Notes under the pieces: model-generated
What the model was told of the DNA's origin: nothing
The model's database searches: none
Seen by the model: the letters and a program-made list of their open reading frames with translations, nothing else
Assembly: GCA_963667175.2 (NCBI GenBank)
Contig: CAXXXF010000002.1
Coordinates: forward strand, 302,195-366,194
Length of the DNA stretch: 64,000 nt
Direction: 5' to 3'
Source: Candidatus Latescibacterota bacterium
GTDB lineage: Bacteria > Latescibacterota > UBA2968 > GCA-2709665
Part shown: positions 9,650 to 19,317 of the stretch, one piece after another
Numbering within the stretch: position 1 is the first letter of the stretch
Layout of the letters: each line of letters opens with the position of its first letter
Made by a program: the position numbers and the translations under genes

Positions 9650-10744
9650 TCAGTCCTGCATCAGCGGCAGCCTCACCGGCCGTCCGGTTTCGTAACACTG
9701 CAGGGCGGCAAACGCGATTTCGTGCGTGACAATCGCGTCGTCCAGGTTGCAGTGCGATTCCGTATTCGTCTGAATGCATTCGACGAAGTGGTCCATCTGC
9801 CCCTGGAACGGATGATGGGTCACGTCCGCGCTATCCGGCAGGATGGCCGGGATCTCCACCCAGTTGTTCTGTCCCGGATACTTGTGCGACCAGACCTTGT
9901 TATCCTTAACGGTGCCTTTGTTTCCGAAGATCTCCACCGGGAACGTGTACGGCATGATGCACCCGTAGTTCACCGAGACCTTTCCGACCGCGCCGTTGGA
10001 GAACTTCACCAGGGCGACTTCCAGGTCGTCGTATTCCAGCGGCAGGCCGTCCACCCACTTGTTGGCCAGGTAGTCGAACTCTTTCTTGAGACCTTTGCGA
10101 TATCCGCCCGAGTAGGCGAATACCTCCATGGGTTGCGCGGCCTCGAACTCTCCCTGGGCCGCGAACCAGCGCAGCGAGTCGATGGCGTGGCATCCGCCGG
10201 TCAAAAACGCGCTCACGCCCGTGCTCGTTTTCCTGGCCTCGTCCCAGCCCGTCCACCAGCTTGCAATGTCGTGCTGGTAATCGGCCTCCACGTAGAAGAC
10301 GTCTCCCAGGGCGTCGTCGGCCACCATGGATTTGATGGTCTCGAACAGCGGATTCCAGCGGAGCACGAAACTCACCACCGTCCGTACGCCCGTCGTGCGC
10401 ACGGCGCCGCGCATGGCCCGGATTTCGTCCAGGCTGTTGGCGATGGGCTTCTCGATGACAACGTGTTTCCCTGCCTCCGCCGCTGCGATCGTGTTTTCCG
10501 CGTGAAAGCGCTGCGGGGTACAGACGCACACGACGTCCACGCCGTCGTGCGCCAGGGCCCGCTCGTAGTTGTCGTACAGCCCGATGCCTTCCAGGCCGGC
10601 CTCTTCCGCGCGAGTCCGCGCGCTTGCCAGTTTCCGGCTGGAAACCGCCACCACTTCGGTATGCGGATTGTTGGTAAAGGCCATGATGTGCTGCGTGGAC
10701 ACCCAACCCGCGCCGTGAACCAGAACCCCGAGTTTATCGGCCAT
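9650..10744 (-). CDS. Gfo/Idh/MocA family oxidoreductase
   Basis: GAGWV Rossmann motif, AGKHVVIEKP and GCHAID; start trimmed to MADKLGV. Confidence 0.9.
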   Translation of the reverse strand: MADKLGVLVHGAGWVSTQHIMAFTNNPHTEVVAVSSRKLASARTRAEEAGLEGIGLYDNYERALAHDGVDVVCVCTPQRFHAENTIAAAEAGKHVVIEKPIANSLDEIRAMRGAVRTTGVRTVVSFVLRWNPLFETIKSMVADDALGDVFYVEADYQHDIASWWTGWDEARKTSTGVSAFLTGGCHAIDSLRWFAAQGEFEAAQPMEVFAYSGGYRKGLKKEFDYLANKWVDGLPLEYDDLEVALVKFSNGAVGKVSVNYGCIMPYTFPVEIFGNKGTVKDNKVWSHKYPGQNNWVEIPAILPDSADVTHHPFQGQMDHFVECIQTNTESHCNLDDAIVTHEIAFAALQCYETGRPVRLPLMQD

Positions 10745-10925
10745 CTCGAACCTCCCTGGAATGTTTACCGAACAGCGGGTAACCGGGATCGATTCAGCGG
10801 TTACCCTCAATCCGGTATATCGACTACAACCGTGACTGATCGAATAGCGGCACGTGGGACGGGGCCGCCTCGCCGACGTCCGGCGAACCGCCCGTTACCC
10901 GCCTGTCGCCAATACATCTAAAGGT

Positions 10926-11453
10926 CTAGCGAGGCTGCAAGCACCGCCAGGCCTTCCAGGTCGCTGCCCCGCCGACCAGCAGCAGGGCGGCGTTTCCAAG
11001 CAGTTTCAGCCCGTCCGCGTCCAGGCCGCTTTCGAGCAGGAAAGAAGGCGCGACTGAGATGATGATGACGGCGGCGTAGAACGCGGCGAACGACATTGAC
11101 ACGACGCAACCGACGCGGACAACCTTGCCGGACAGCCTTCCCAGGGCAAAGGAACAAGCGGCCCACAGCGCGCCGACCGGCAGCGCCAGCAGCAGCAAAG
11201 CGGCCAGCGGGACGCTGACCGCCAGTGCGACACAGACCATGATGGCGCTGCCCGTATCGCCGCCTGCGAGATCGCCCGCCCGTGCTGCCAGCATCAGCGC
11301 GTAAAAGTAGAGACCGTAGATTCCCGACGCCATGGCGTACCAGGGCAGAGCAGCGGCAATGAGCAACGCAACGCGAGCCAGCAAGCCGGGACGACGGCGA
11401 TGATTCGCGGCGCGACTCCGAGGAGCGGCGCCGCCATCGTTGCGAAAGTTCAT
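10926..11453 (-). CDS. Hypothetical membrane protein (about 4 TM segments)
   Basis: Long hydrophobic stretches; start at MNFRNDGG is tentative. Confidence 0.5.
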   Translation of the reverse strand: MNFRNDGGAAPRSRAANHRRRPGLLARVALLIAAALPWYAMASGIYGLYFYALMLAARAGDLAGGDTGSAIMVCVALAVSVPLAALLLLALPVGALWAACSFALGRLSGKVVRVGCVVSMSFAAFYAAVIIISVAPSFLLESGLDADGLKLLGNAALLLVGGAATWKAWRCLQPR

Positions 11454-11741
11454 GGCTGACCGTCCGGGATGAAGACGCCGTGACAGAACCGGCCCGATGG
11501 AACGTAAGATTCCGCATCGGCAAACGGACACGTAACCTAATGCCAGAGCCGAAGCGCCGCAAGCGGAATAGAGGTCTGCGAGGGAGAGGGGGCCGGGTGG
11601 AGAGGTTCCGCCAGGAGAGGTCGCCGCTTGCGCAGGGTTTTTTGCGGTCGGAACCGCATTTGACTTCGAGAAGCATACCCGATATCTTGAACGAAGCAAC
11701 CACGTACGGAGAGATCCGAGCCGTCCAATAGGGGATTCGTT

Positions 11742-12728
11742 TTGCTTCCGAGCATAACGCCGCTGAGACCGTACTTCAGAGAGATGATCTGGGGCGGCCG
11801 CAGGCTGGGGGATCAGTATAACAAAGCTCTGCCGACCGGCAGGAATATCGGCGAGTCCTGGGAGGTTTCCACGTGCCCCGGCATGGAAAGCGTTGTTGCG
11901 TCCGGTCCGTTTTCAGGACGGCCCCTGCGCGATCTGGTCGAATCGCACGGCCCCGAGTTGCTCGGCCGCGAGGTCTTCGAACGATACAACGGTGAATTCC
12001 CGCTGCTCGTCAAGTTACTCGACGCCCACCAGGACCTTTCCATTCAGGTGCACCCGGACGACGCGTACGCGCGGATGAAGCAACTTGGAAGATTCGGAAA
12101 GATGGAAGCCTGGTACGTGCTCCGGTCCGAAAACGGCCGCATCGCCTGCGGACTGAAGCCCGGGGTTGACATGGCCGCGTTCACAGATGCCGTAAACTAC
12201 AACAGGGTCTCCGATGCCGTCGAGTATTTCGACGCACGTCCCGGAGACGTCGTCTTCATCCCGCCTGGAACCGTCCATGCCCTGTGCTCCGGGGTCATGG
12301 TATACGAGGTCCAGCAGTCCAGCGACGTCACCTTCCGCATTTACGACTACAACCGCCCCGGGGCCGACGGGAAACCCAGGGAACTGCATATTGACGACGC
12401 CCTGAAGGTCATCGATTTCGAAGGGCCGCGACGAGAGCCCGTCGCCTCGTCCACGCTGCCCTCGACAAGCCCCGGCCGGGCCGTTCTCGTCGAGTCCGAA
12501 CACTTCCGGCTGGAACGGTGCAGTCCATTGCAGGCCCGGACCCAACATCCCCCGTACCCGTCGTTGGCCGCGCTTACCTTTCTTTCGGGCAGTGCCGAAA
12601 TTCAGGGAGGCAGTATCGCCTGCCGCGCCGGGAAGGGCGACACCCTTCTTATCCCTGCCGGCCGGGACTTCGCCGTAATCCAGGAGGGTGATATCCCTCC
12701 CGAATACCTCGTGTCGTCGGTGCCCTGA
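11742..12728 (+). CDS. manA: Class I mannose-6-phosphate isomerase (cupin)
   Basis: IWGGRRL, IGESWE, FPLLVKLLDAHQDLSIQVHPDD, GKMEAWY, PGTVHAL and EVQQSSDVTFRIYDY motifs. Confidence 0.92.
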   Translation: MLPSITPLRPYFREMIWGGRRLGDQYNKALPTGRNIGESWEVSTCPGMESVVASGPFSGRPLRDLVESHGPELLGREVFERYNGEFPLLVKLLDAHQDLSIQVHPDDAYARMKQLGRFGKMEAWYVLRSENGRIACGLKPGVDMAAFTDAVNYNRVSDAVEYFDARPGDVVFIPPGTVHALCSGVMVYEVQQSSDVTFRIYDYNRPGADGKPRELHIDDALKVIDFEGPRREPVASSTLPSTSPGRAVLVESEHFRLERCSPLQARTQHPPYPSLAALTFLSGSAEIQGGSIACRAGKGDTLLIPAGRDFAVIQEGDIPPEYLVSSVP

Positions 12729-12751
12729 TCCGTCGCCGCTGATGACAAGAC

Positions 12752-12790
12752 GAAGCCCCGGAGAAGCGATTCTCCGGGGCTTTCTGTTTT
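12752..12790. terminator. Intrinsic terminator between convergent genes
   Basis: AAGCCCCGGAGAA-gcga-TTCTCCGGGGCTT hairpin followed by TCTGTTTT. Confidence 0.75.
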
Positions 12791-12820
12791 GCATGGCCGC
12801 GAGACACGTCTGTTCTTTCT

Positions 12821-13279
12821 CTACTCCTCCCCGTCGTAATAGTCCGCGTCGGTCATGCGCCCGAGTTTGCCCGGCGGCCGGATGGCCCATTTGTCCGAAT
12901 CGGGATAATAGCAGGGGTCGCACACGGGATTGTCGGCAATCACGTAGTAGATCAGGTCCTCGTCTTCACTCGGATTGCGGACGTGGTGCGCGGTCCCCGG
13001 CGGTTGAACGAACACGTCATCGGCCTTGACCTCGAACGTGCGGTCGTTCCGCCTGACGACGCCGCGGCCGCTGACCACGATGTAGAATTCCCACTGAACC
13101 TGGTGCGCGTGGTAGGGAAAATTGGTCATCCCCGGCTTCAAGCGCACCCAGTCGATTTCGAACGGCCGGTCCCCGGTTTCGAGCGATCCGGACACGTCCT
13201 TTCGCGACACCTGGAACGTCCCTTTGGGGGAGTGGTGGGATCGTTCTTCGATTTCCGCCAGGTTGATCTTTTCTTTCAT
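12821..13279 (-). CDS. Cupin domain protein
   Basis: PYHAHQVQWEFYIVVSGRG and PGTAHHVRN motifs, plus YYPDSDKW and YYDGE at the C-terminus. Confidence 0.85.
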   Translation of the reverse strand: MKEKINLAEIEERSHHSPKGTFQVSRKDVSGSLETGDRPFEIDWVRLKPGMTNFPYHAHQVQWEFYIVVSGRGVVRRNDRTFEVKADDVFVQPPGTAHHVRNPSEDEDLIYYVIADNPVCDPCYYPDSDKWAIRPPGKLGRMTDADYYDGEE

Positions 13280-13309
13280 GATATCACTCCTCCCAATCGG
13301 GTGATGCCG

Positions 13310-13975
13310 TCAGCGTTGTTTCATCCAACCACATGCCACGCGAGCCAATTCATCGAGTACGGGTTCGTCGGACGTCCTTCGTTTCAGCACCTTGAACCCG
13401 TGATCCGCGGTGTCCACCACGTGAAGCCTGGCGCCTTCCAGTTTCCCCACCACCGGCTCCAGCAGAGCCAATTTCGCCATCTTGTCCCGCTGTCCGGACA
13501 GAAACAACATGGGCGCCGGCACGTCCTGCAGATGCTCGGCGCGGTCCGCGTTCGGCTTGCCGGCGTGCAATGGAAACGCGAAGAAGACAATGCCCTTCAG
13601 CCCGTCTATCGGCTCTTGCGCACAGGCCATGGAGACCATGCGCCCGCTCATGGAGTGCCCCCCGGCGAAGACCGGGAGTCCATCCGCGTGATTCATCGCC
13701 GTCGTGACCGCAGCGCGCACGGTGGCGAGGCGCACCTTCTCGCCGTCCATGCCCCCGCCTTTTTCGGAATAAGGATAGTTGAAACGGAACGTGGCGATGC
13801 CCGCGTCGTTCAACGCGTCGCTCAGGTCCTGCATGAACGAATGGCGCATATTCGTGCCCGCGCCGTGGCCCAGCACCAGCAGCGCCTCGGCGCCGTGCGG
13901 CAGGGCGAACAGCGCCGAGACCTCGCCCTTTTCCTCGGTCGCCAGAAATCTCAATTCTTCGGCTTCAACAGCCAT
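13310..13975 (-). CDS. Alpha/beta hydrolase (KANL3/Tex30-like family)
   Basis: HGAG, RFNYPY, GGHSMSGR nucleophile elbow, FPLH and ADHGF motifs. Confidence 0.85.
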   Translation of the reverse strand: MAVEAEELRFLATEEKGEVSALFALPHGAEALLVLGHGAGTNMRHSFMQDLSDALNDAGIATFRFNYPYSEKGGGMDGEKVRLATVRAAVTTAMNHADGLPVFAGGHSMSGRMVSMACAQEPIDGLKGIVFFAFPLHAGKPNADRAEHLQDVPAPMLFLSGQRDKMAKLALLEPVVGKLEGARLHVVDTADHGFKVLKRRTSDEPVLDELARVACGWMKQR

Positions 13976-13996
13976 TTTCTACCCTTCGTTAGCGGA

Positions 13997-14464
13997 TCAT
14001 GACCCCCACTTAATCCGCGAATCGTCCGGCGTGCCGCACGCGGGACCGCCGAGGTCGTCGGTCAACTTCAGCCTCGCGACGATGGGCTCGTCCGACTCAA
14101 GCGCCTGTTCAATCTCCGGCCATTCGAGGTGGGTAAGGCGGATCTTCAATCGACGGAACATCGCGAACTGCTCAGGTTCAGTCTTTACGCCCCATGAGAG
14201 ATAGAAAAACCTGTCCGCCGGCCTGCCCTGGGCGTACGGACCCAGAAAGTTGGGGGACCCGTCGGGTCTCGTTCCGATCCTGAATTCCGGACGGAACACC
14301 ACCCAATGCCGGCTGGCCGGGACCTGCGCGATAACCTCCGTCCCGCGCTGGATTCCGAGATAGACGGGCTCCTTGACTTTTGGCTTGTGTTTGTAAGGAT
14401 CTTCGAAACGGAGCCCCGGCAACTGCGAGCACATCACTTTCAATTTCAATTTCCTGTCGGACAT
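13997..14464 (-). CDS. DUF5990-like hypothetical protein
   Basis: NFLGPYAQGRPADRFFYLSWG, MFRRLKI and LTDDLGGPAC patterns, recalled as typical of this family. Confidence 0.6.
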   Translation of the reverse strand: MSDRKLKLKVMCSQLPGLRFEDPYKHKPKVKEPVYLGIQRGTEVIAQVPASRHWVVFRPEFRIGTRPDGSPNFLGPYAQGRPADRFFYLSWGVKTEPEQFAMFRRLKIRLTHLEWPEIEQALESDEPIVARLKLTDDLGGPACGTPDDSRIKWGS

Positions 14465-14675
14465 CGTCGTCCCTTCAATCCAATGATACTGATGCCGGCA
14501 TCGGTGTTTTACGATAAGCGACCCCTGGCGGATTTACAACCCAAATTTCAACTGTGGCGACTGTCGATTGTGTGCCACATGCGCGCAGCGGATTCACATG
14601 TCGGCAGGAGATGAAAATACCCCCGTACCATAGTCGGCGCAGTCGAAGGATGAGGAGTGAATTAATGACAAAAAT

Positions 14676-14776
14676 AAATTATTGATATTATTATAGATAA
14701 ATGCAAGATCCTTAATTTTCACTCGCCTTCAGGCGTAAATAGTGCGAACCCACATCCGGCTGGCACGGTTCTTGAT
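14676..14776 (+). promoter_or_regulatory. Putative sigma54 promoter with IHF site
   Basis: TGGCACGGTTCTTGAT at 14761-14776 (GG-N10-GA variant); TAAATTATTGATA matches the IHF consensus in the AT-rich upstream tract. Confidence 0.55.
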
Positions 14777-14816
14777 TTAATTACCTCTGCGTAAAAATTA
14801 CGTGCGGAGGGACCGT

Positions 14817-15542
14817 ATGCGTCGTGCTGTCGGTTTCGTGATCATATTCCTCCTTGCGCCGGGGACTTCAAGTGCACAGGAGTTGGGTGCGAGTTTCTCT
14901 GGCGGTTATTCCATTCCTGGCGTCAGTCGGCTCTACTGCGGCAACGTTAGACCCGGAGATCGGGATCTGCGGGAACTGCGGACCGCGTGGCTCTACTGCG
15001 GTAGAGACAGCGAGGGGGATCTGCTGACCGCTCAAACGAATTTCCCTCGCATAAATGCAGGGCTTGTTCTTGCCGGGGACCTGTTCTTGCACGTCAATCA
15101 GTTCGATATGGGAATCGGAACCGCCATGTTTTCCAAAGGCGGGATCCCCGGCTCGTTAATCTCTGCGAACGACCTCAAGGAGAGAGTCGAAACGAAGGAT
15201 TTCACCAGGTCTTTCAGGGCAGTGTTTGTATTCATCCGGGGACGTGCGATGACGGACTCCACGTTAACGCCCACTCTTGGGTTCGGTATTGGCATATACG
15301 GGCTTCGGGAAAGCGAACCCGACGAGCGCCTCAATTGGGAAAATGGTCCGTTTTTCCAGCTCGTCGCGGGCGGCGAAGCCCGGATAAGGAAGAGTTCTTC
15401 CAGAGTTTTCACGGAATTCAGATTAAATCTCGCCGTATTCGACGAAATGCCGGAACCCGGCCTGGATATTATCAGATGTTGTGGATGGAACCAGGCCTAC
15501 GTATCGTGGACTTTCGCCATCGGCCTGAGGTTCGCCCGATAG
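14817..15542 (+). CDS. Secreted/outer-membrane beta-barrel-like hypothetical protein
   Basis: GGAGG RBS, signal peptide (…TSSA|QE), amphipathic strands (PTLGFGIGIY) and C-terminal FAIGLRF. Confidence 0.6.
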   Translation: MRRAVGFVIIFLLAPGTSSAQELGASFSGGYSIPGVSRLYCGNVRPGDRDLRELRTAWLYCGRDSEGDLLTAQTNFPRINAGLVLAGDLFLHVNQFDMGIGTAMFSKGGIPGSLISANDLKERVETKDFTRSFRAVFVFIRGRAMTDSTLTPTLGFGIGIYGLRESEPDERLNWENGPFFQLVAGGEARIRKSSSRVFTEFRLNLAVFDEMPEPGLDIIRCCGWNQAYVSWTFAIGLRFAR

Positions 15543-15781
15543 CCGCCAATTGACGCCTATATAGGCTTTTCTTGCCAAATTTCGTCTTGAGAAACTTGCC
15601 GGTTCAATTAGAAAAATCGCTTGAAAAATGGCGCCTTTTTGGATATCATTAACTCAATGAAGGATTCGTAAGCCAGGCCGGTCACAGGATGAGAAGACAG
15701 GTTCGGACAGTGCAGGTCGGCAGAGAGACGGATGTCCGATAGCATTTCGGGTAAGCTGGCAATTCTAGAAGCAACGATTTC

Positions 15782-16220
15782 TTGTTTGGGCACGTAGCAG
15801 AAAAAGTACGGCAGTATCTAAAGACGGAAAGCGCATCGGTGGAGTGGGTATCAATTTGGAGCGTCAAGGAAGACGAGCGGCTCTGGTTCAAAATTGTCTC
15901 TCTGGTGCTCTTCGCGGTTGGTCTGATCTTTCGAATATGGATATTCCAAGACTGGCAATGGAGCTTTGGATTTCTAAAGGACCTTATTGCCGTCGGTGTC
16001 CTGGCTGTTACGTCTGCATATTTCCTTAGTGGAGGCAATAGACGCAATGGGCGCAATAACTGAATGGGTAAAGGCGAGAAATCTGAAGAAGGGCCTGGAA
16101 AGGGGCCGTCAGGAAATGCGGCAGCAGGTCGAAGAATGGATCGCCGAGGAGAAGGCGAAAGGGACACAATTCCAAACGCCGCCGCCCTTCGACCAGAACG
16201 GTGAGCCGCCACGGCAGTGA
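15782..16220 (+). pseudogene. Membrane protein with a GLERGRQE/PPP C-terminal tail, split over two frames (frameshift, or two coupled ORFs)
   Basis: The 2-TM ORF 15782-16063 continues by a 1-nt shift near 16028 into VEAIDAMGAITEW...GLERGRQE...FQTPPP; a GGAGG precedes ATG 16047. Confidence 0.4.
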
Positions 16221-16260
16221 GGTCCCCGTATATTTGACGTTCGCCAAGTGTGCATGGAAC

Positions 16261-16296
16261 AATAATGCCCATACGTAATCTGGTATGGGCATTATT
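16261..16296. terminator. Hairpin, probable bidirectional terminator
   Basis: AATAATGCCCATAC-N8-GTATGGGCATTATT perfect 14-bp stem between convergent genes. Confidence 0.6.
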
Positions 16297-16397
16297 CTTT
16301 AGTTCTTGAATTGCGTCGATTCAACCGTTCAGCAAATCGCACAATTCCTTAGCGCACCGATCTTTATTTTTCGCGTCGGCTCCTTTCTCCGCCGTCC

Positions 16398-18128
16398 CTA
16401 ACCACCACGTCTGGCGCCTGGCGGCTTCCCTCTCTTCTGCATCCTCGCCCAGGTATCGCGCAGCGTAATCGTCCGGTTGAAGACGGGCTTTTCGGGCGTC
16501 GAATCGGGGTCCACGCAGAAGTATCCCAACCGTTCGAACTGATATCGGCGACCGGGTTCAGCCCCCTTGACCGTGGACTCCACAAAACAGTTCCGCCGCA
16601 CCTCCAGGGAGTTCGGGTTCACCGTTTCGCCGACGTCCCCGCCTTCGGCCGCGTCCATCGGATTCTCGGCGTTGAACAGGCGATCGTACAGGCGCACCTC
16701 CGCCTCAACCGCGTGCGTGGCGGACACCCAGTGGATGGTGCCCCGGACCTTTCGGCCGTCCGGCGTCGACCCGCCCCGGCTCTCCGGGTCGAACGTACAT
16801 CGCAGTTCCACAATCTCTCCGTTTTCGTCCTTTATCACGTCCGTGCAGGTGATATAACACGCCGCCCGCAGCCGCACCTCCCGCCCGGGCGCCAGCCTGC
16901 GGAACCTGCGTGGCGGATCCTCCATGAAGTCGTCCCGCTCGATGAAGACCACCCTGGCAAACGGCACGCTGCGCGTACCGGCGGAAGGATCCTCGGGATT
17001 CACCTGAGCGGGGAACGCTTCCTCCTTGCCCTCCGGGTAGTTCTCGATCACCACCTTCAGCGGATCGATCACCCCCATCACGCGGTGCGCGTGTCGATTC
17101 AGGTACGACCGGATATGAAACTCCAGGAGGTCGATCTCCGCGGTTGTATCCCGTTTGGACATTCCCACGCGGCGGATGAAATTCCGAATTGCTTCTGGGG
17201 GCACGCCCCTGCGGCGCAATCCCGCCAGCGTGATCAGCCTGGGATCGTCCCATCCGGCAAGCAGCCCGTTTTCGATCAACGGACGCAGGTGTCGTTTTCC
17301 CACCACCGTATGCGTGACGAACAGCTTTGGGAACTCAATCTGCCGCGAAGGGAAAATCCCGAGTTCGCGGATATACCAGTCATAGAGCGGGCGGTGGTCT
17401 TCGAATTCCTGCGAACACAGGGAATGCGAAACCCCCTCGATCGAGTCCGACTGCCCGTGGGTAAAATCGTACATCGGATAGATGCGCCACGCATCGTTCC
17501 GGCGGTAGTGAGACGCCCGGAGGATGCGAAACATCACAGGATCGCGCATGTTCAGGTTGGGCGATGCCATATCGATCTTCGCCCTGAGCGTTCGTGCGCC
17601 ATCGGGAAATTCACCGGCCCGCATCCGCGCAAACAGGTCCAGGTTCTCTTCGATGGACCGGTCTCGATAGGGGCTTTCTCTTCCCGGTGAGGTCAACGTG
17701 CCCCGGTACGTCCTGGTCTCTTCCGTGCTCAAATCACACACGTAGGCTTTGCCCTTTTCGATCAATTTGACGGCGAGTTCGTAGAGTTGCTCAAAATAGT
17801 CAGAGGCGAAATAGAGCCGGTCCTCCCAGTCAAACCCCAGCCACCGGATATCCCGCTGGATACCGTCGACGTAGCTGGCCTCTTCCCTGGTGGGGTCGGT
17901 GTCGTCAAAGCGGAGATTGCAGACGCCGCCGAACTCCTCGGCAACCCAGAAATTCAGGCAGATCGCCTTGGCGTGGCCGATGTGAAGATGCCCGTTCGGC
18001 TCGGGAGGAAAGCGCGTCATCACGCTCTCGTACCGGCCGGCGGCGAGATCCTCCCGAATCGCGTCGCGGATAAAATCGGAGGGGACTTCGGCTTCAACGT
18101 CGGGCCGGCTCGCGTTGCCTTCGTTCAT
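16398..18128 (-). CDS. glnS: Glutamine--tRNA ligase
   Basis: [48 protein letters not shown] and [10 protein letters not shown] motifs; start trimmed to MNEGNAS. Confidence 0.96.
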   Translation of the reverse strand: MNEGNASRPDVEAEVPSDFIRDAIREDLAAGRYESVMTRFPPEPNGHLHIGHAKAICLNFWVAEEFGGVCNLRFDDTDPTREEASYVDGIQRDIRWLGFDWEDRLYFASDYFEQLYELAVKLIEKGKAYVCDLSTEETRTYRGTLTSPGRESPYRDRSIEENLDLFARMRAGEFPDGARTLRAKIDMASPNLNMRDPVMFRILRASHYRRNDAWRIYPMYDFTHGQSDSIEGVSHSLCSQEFEDHRPLYDWYIRELGIFPSRQIEFPKLFVTHTVVGKRHLRPLIENGLLAGWDDPRLITLAGLRRRGVPPEAIRNFIRRVGMSKRDTTAEIDLLEFHIRSYLNRHAHRVMGVIDPLKVVIENYPEGKEEAFPAQVNPEDPSAGTRSVPFARVVFIERDDFMEDPPRRFRRLAPGREVRLRAACYITCTDVIKDENGEIVELRCTFDPESRGGSTPDGRKVRGTIHWVSATHAVEAEVRLYDRLFNAENPMDAAEGGDVGETVNPNSLEVRRNCFVESTVKGAEPGRRYQFERLGYFCVDPDSTPEKPVFNRTITLRDTWARMQKRGKPPGARRGG

Positions 18129-18354
18129 GGATGACACCTCATCCCGGTGATTCGGACTGCAACCGGATAAGTCGGAAATACCCGGTGGGATCGTCCGAAG
18201 GACGCAATTTGGATCCCTGTGCAGGTACAATATATGGGCCGCAGCGTTACGGGGCAAACTTTCAATGGAAAAGCGGCAAAAATCAGCTATCAGAAAGAGC
18301 AGCTTTCAGCCCTCAGCCTTCAGTCAGTTTTTCCTTCTTCCTTCTTCCTCTTTC

Positions 18355-19317
18355 TTACTCCCCGATCCATTCCGGCGCCGTGAACAGGCTGCTGACCGAT
18401 TCGCCGTTGTGAATTCTGCGAATGGCTTCCGCGAGCAGGGGCGCCACGGACAACGTCGTCAGGCTCGCGTCAGATTGAATCCCTTCGGGCCGCGGGACCG
18501 TATCCGTTGTCACCACCTCGCGAACCTCCTCAAGTGCGCAGAAGCGCTCCAGCGCGTTGCCCGTAAACAGGCCGTGCGTGCACGCGATCGTGACGTCGCC
18601 AACCCCCCGGTCCCGCAGGCGGTGGATCAACTCTACGATGGTCCCGCCGGTGGCGATCTCATCGTCCAGAACGATGACCCTCTTGTCGTCCACGTCGCCC
18701 ACGATCGCGTCGATCACCACCTTCACGTCGGAGATGCGGCGCTTGCTGCCGGCGGCCACGGGCAGCCCCAGTATCCTGGAAAAGTGGGCGGCCTCTTTCG
18801 CCCGGCCGAGGTCGGGGGATACCACCACCGTATTTTCCAGATTCCGTCCCTGAAAGTGCCCGGCCAATATATGCAGCGCGTTGAGGTGGTCCACAGGTAC
18901 GCTGAAGAAGCCATGCACCTGGGCCGCGTGGAGCGTCAACGTGAGCACGCGGCTGGCGCCGGCCGTATGGAGCAGGTCCGCGACAAGCCGCGCCGCGATG
19001 GAGATCCTGGGCGCGTCTTTCTTGTCCGAACGCGCATATCCGAAATAGGGGATAACCGCCGTCGTCCGCGCCGCCGATGCGCCCCGGGCCGCGTCGAGCA
19101 TCTGCAACAGCTCCATGAGATGATCGTGGACCGGCATCACCATGGGCTGTATGAGAAACACGTCGGCTTCCCGGCAGTTGGCCTCGAGTTGCACCTGGAT
19201 GCATCCGTTGCTGAAACGATTGACCGTGCTGGAGCTGGGTTCGACCCCCAGGTGGCTGCAGATGTTTTCCGTCAGGGCCGGATGCGCGTTGCCGCCGAAC
19301 ATCACGATGTCACGCAT
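18355..19317 (-). CDS. prs: Ribose-phosphate pyrophosphokinase
   Basis: IPYFGYARSDKK, LHAAQVHGFF, VVSPDLG, DDEIATGGT and CTHGLF motifs. Confidence 0.95.
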   Translation of the reverse strand: MRDIVMFGGNAHPALTENICSHLGVEPSSSTVNRFSNGCIQVQLEANCREADVFLIQPMVMPVHDHLMELLQMLDAARGASAARTTAVIPYFGYARSDKKDAPRISIAARLVADLLHTAGASRVLTLTLHAAQVHGFFSVPVDHLNALHILAGHFQGRNLENTVVVSPDLGRAKEAAHFSRILGLPVAAGSKRRISDVKVVIDAIVGDVDDKRVIVLDDEIATGGTIVELIHRLRDRGVGDVTIACTHGLFTGNALERFCALEEVREVVTTDTVPRPEGIQSDASLTTLSVAPLLAEAIRRIHNGESVSSLFTAPEWIGE

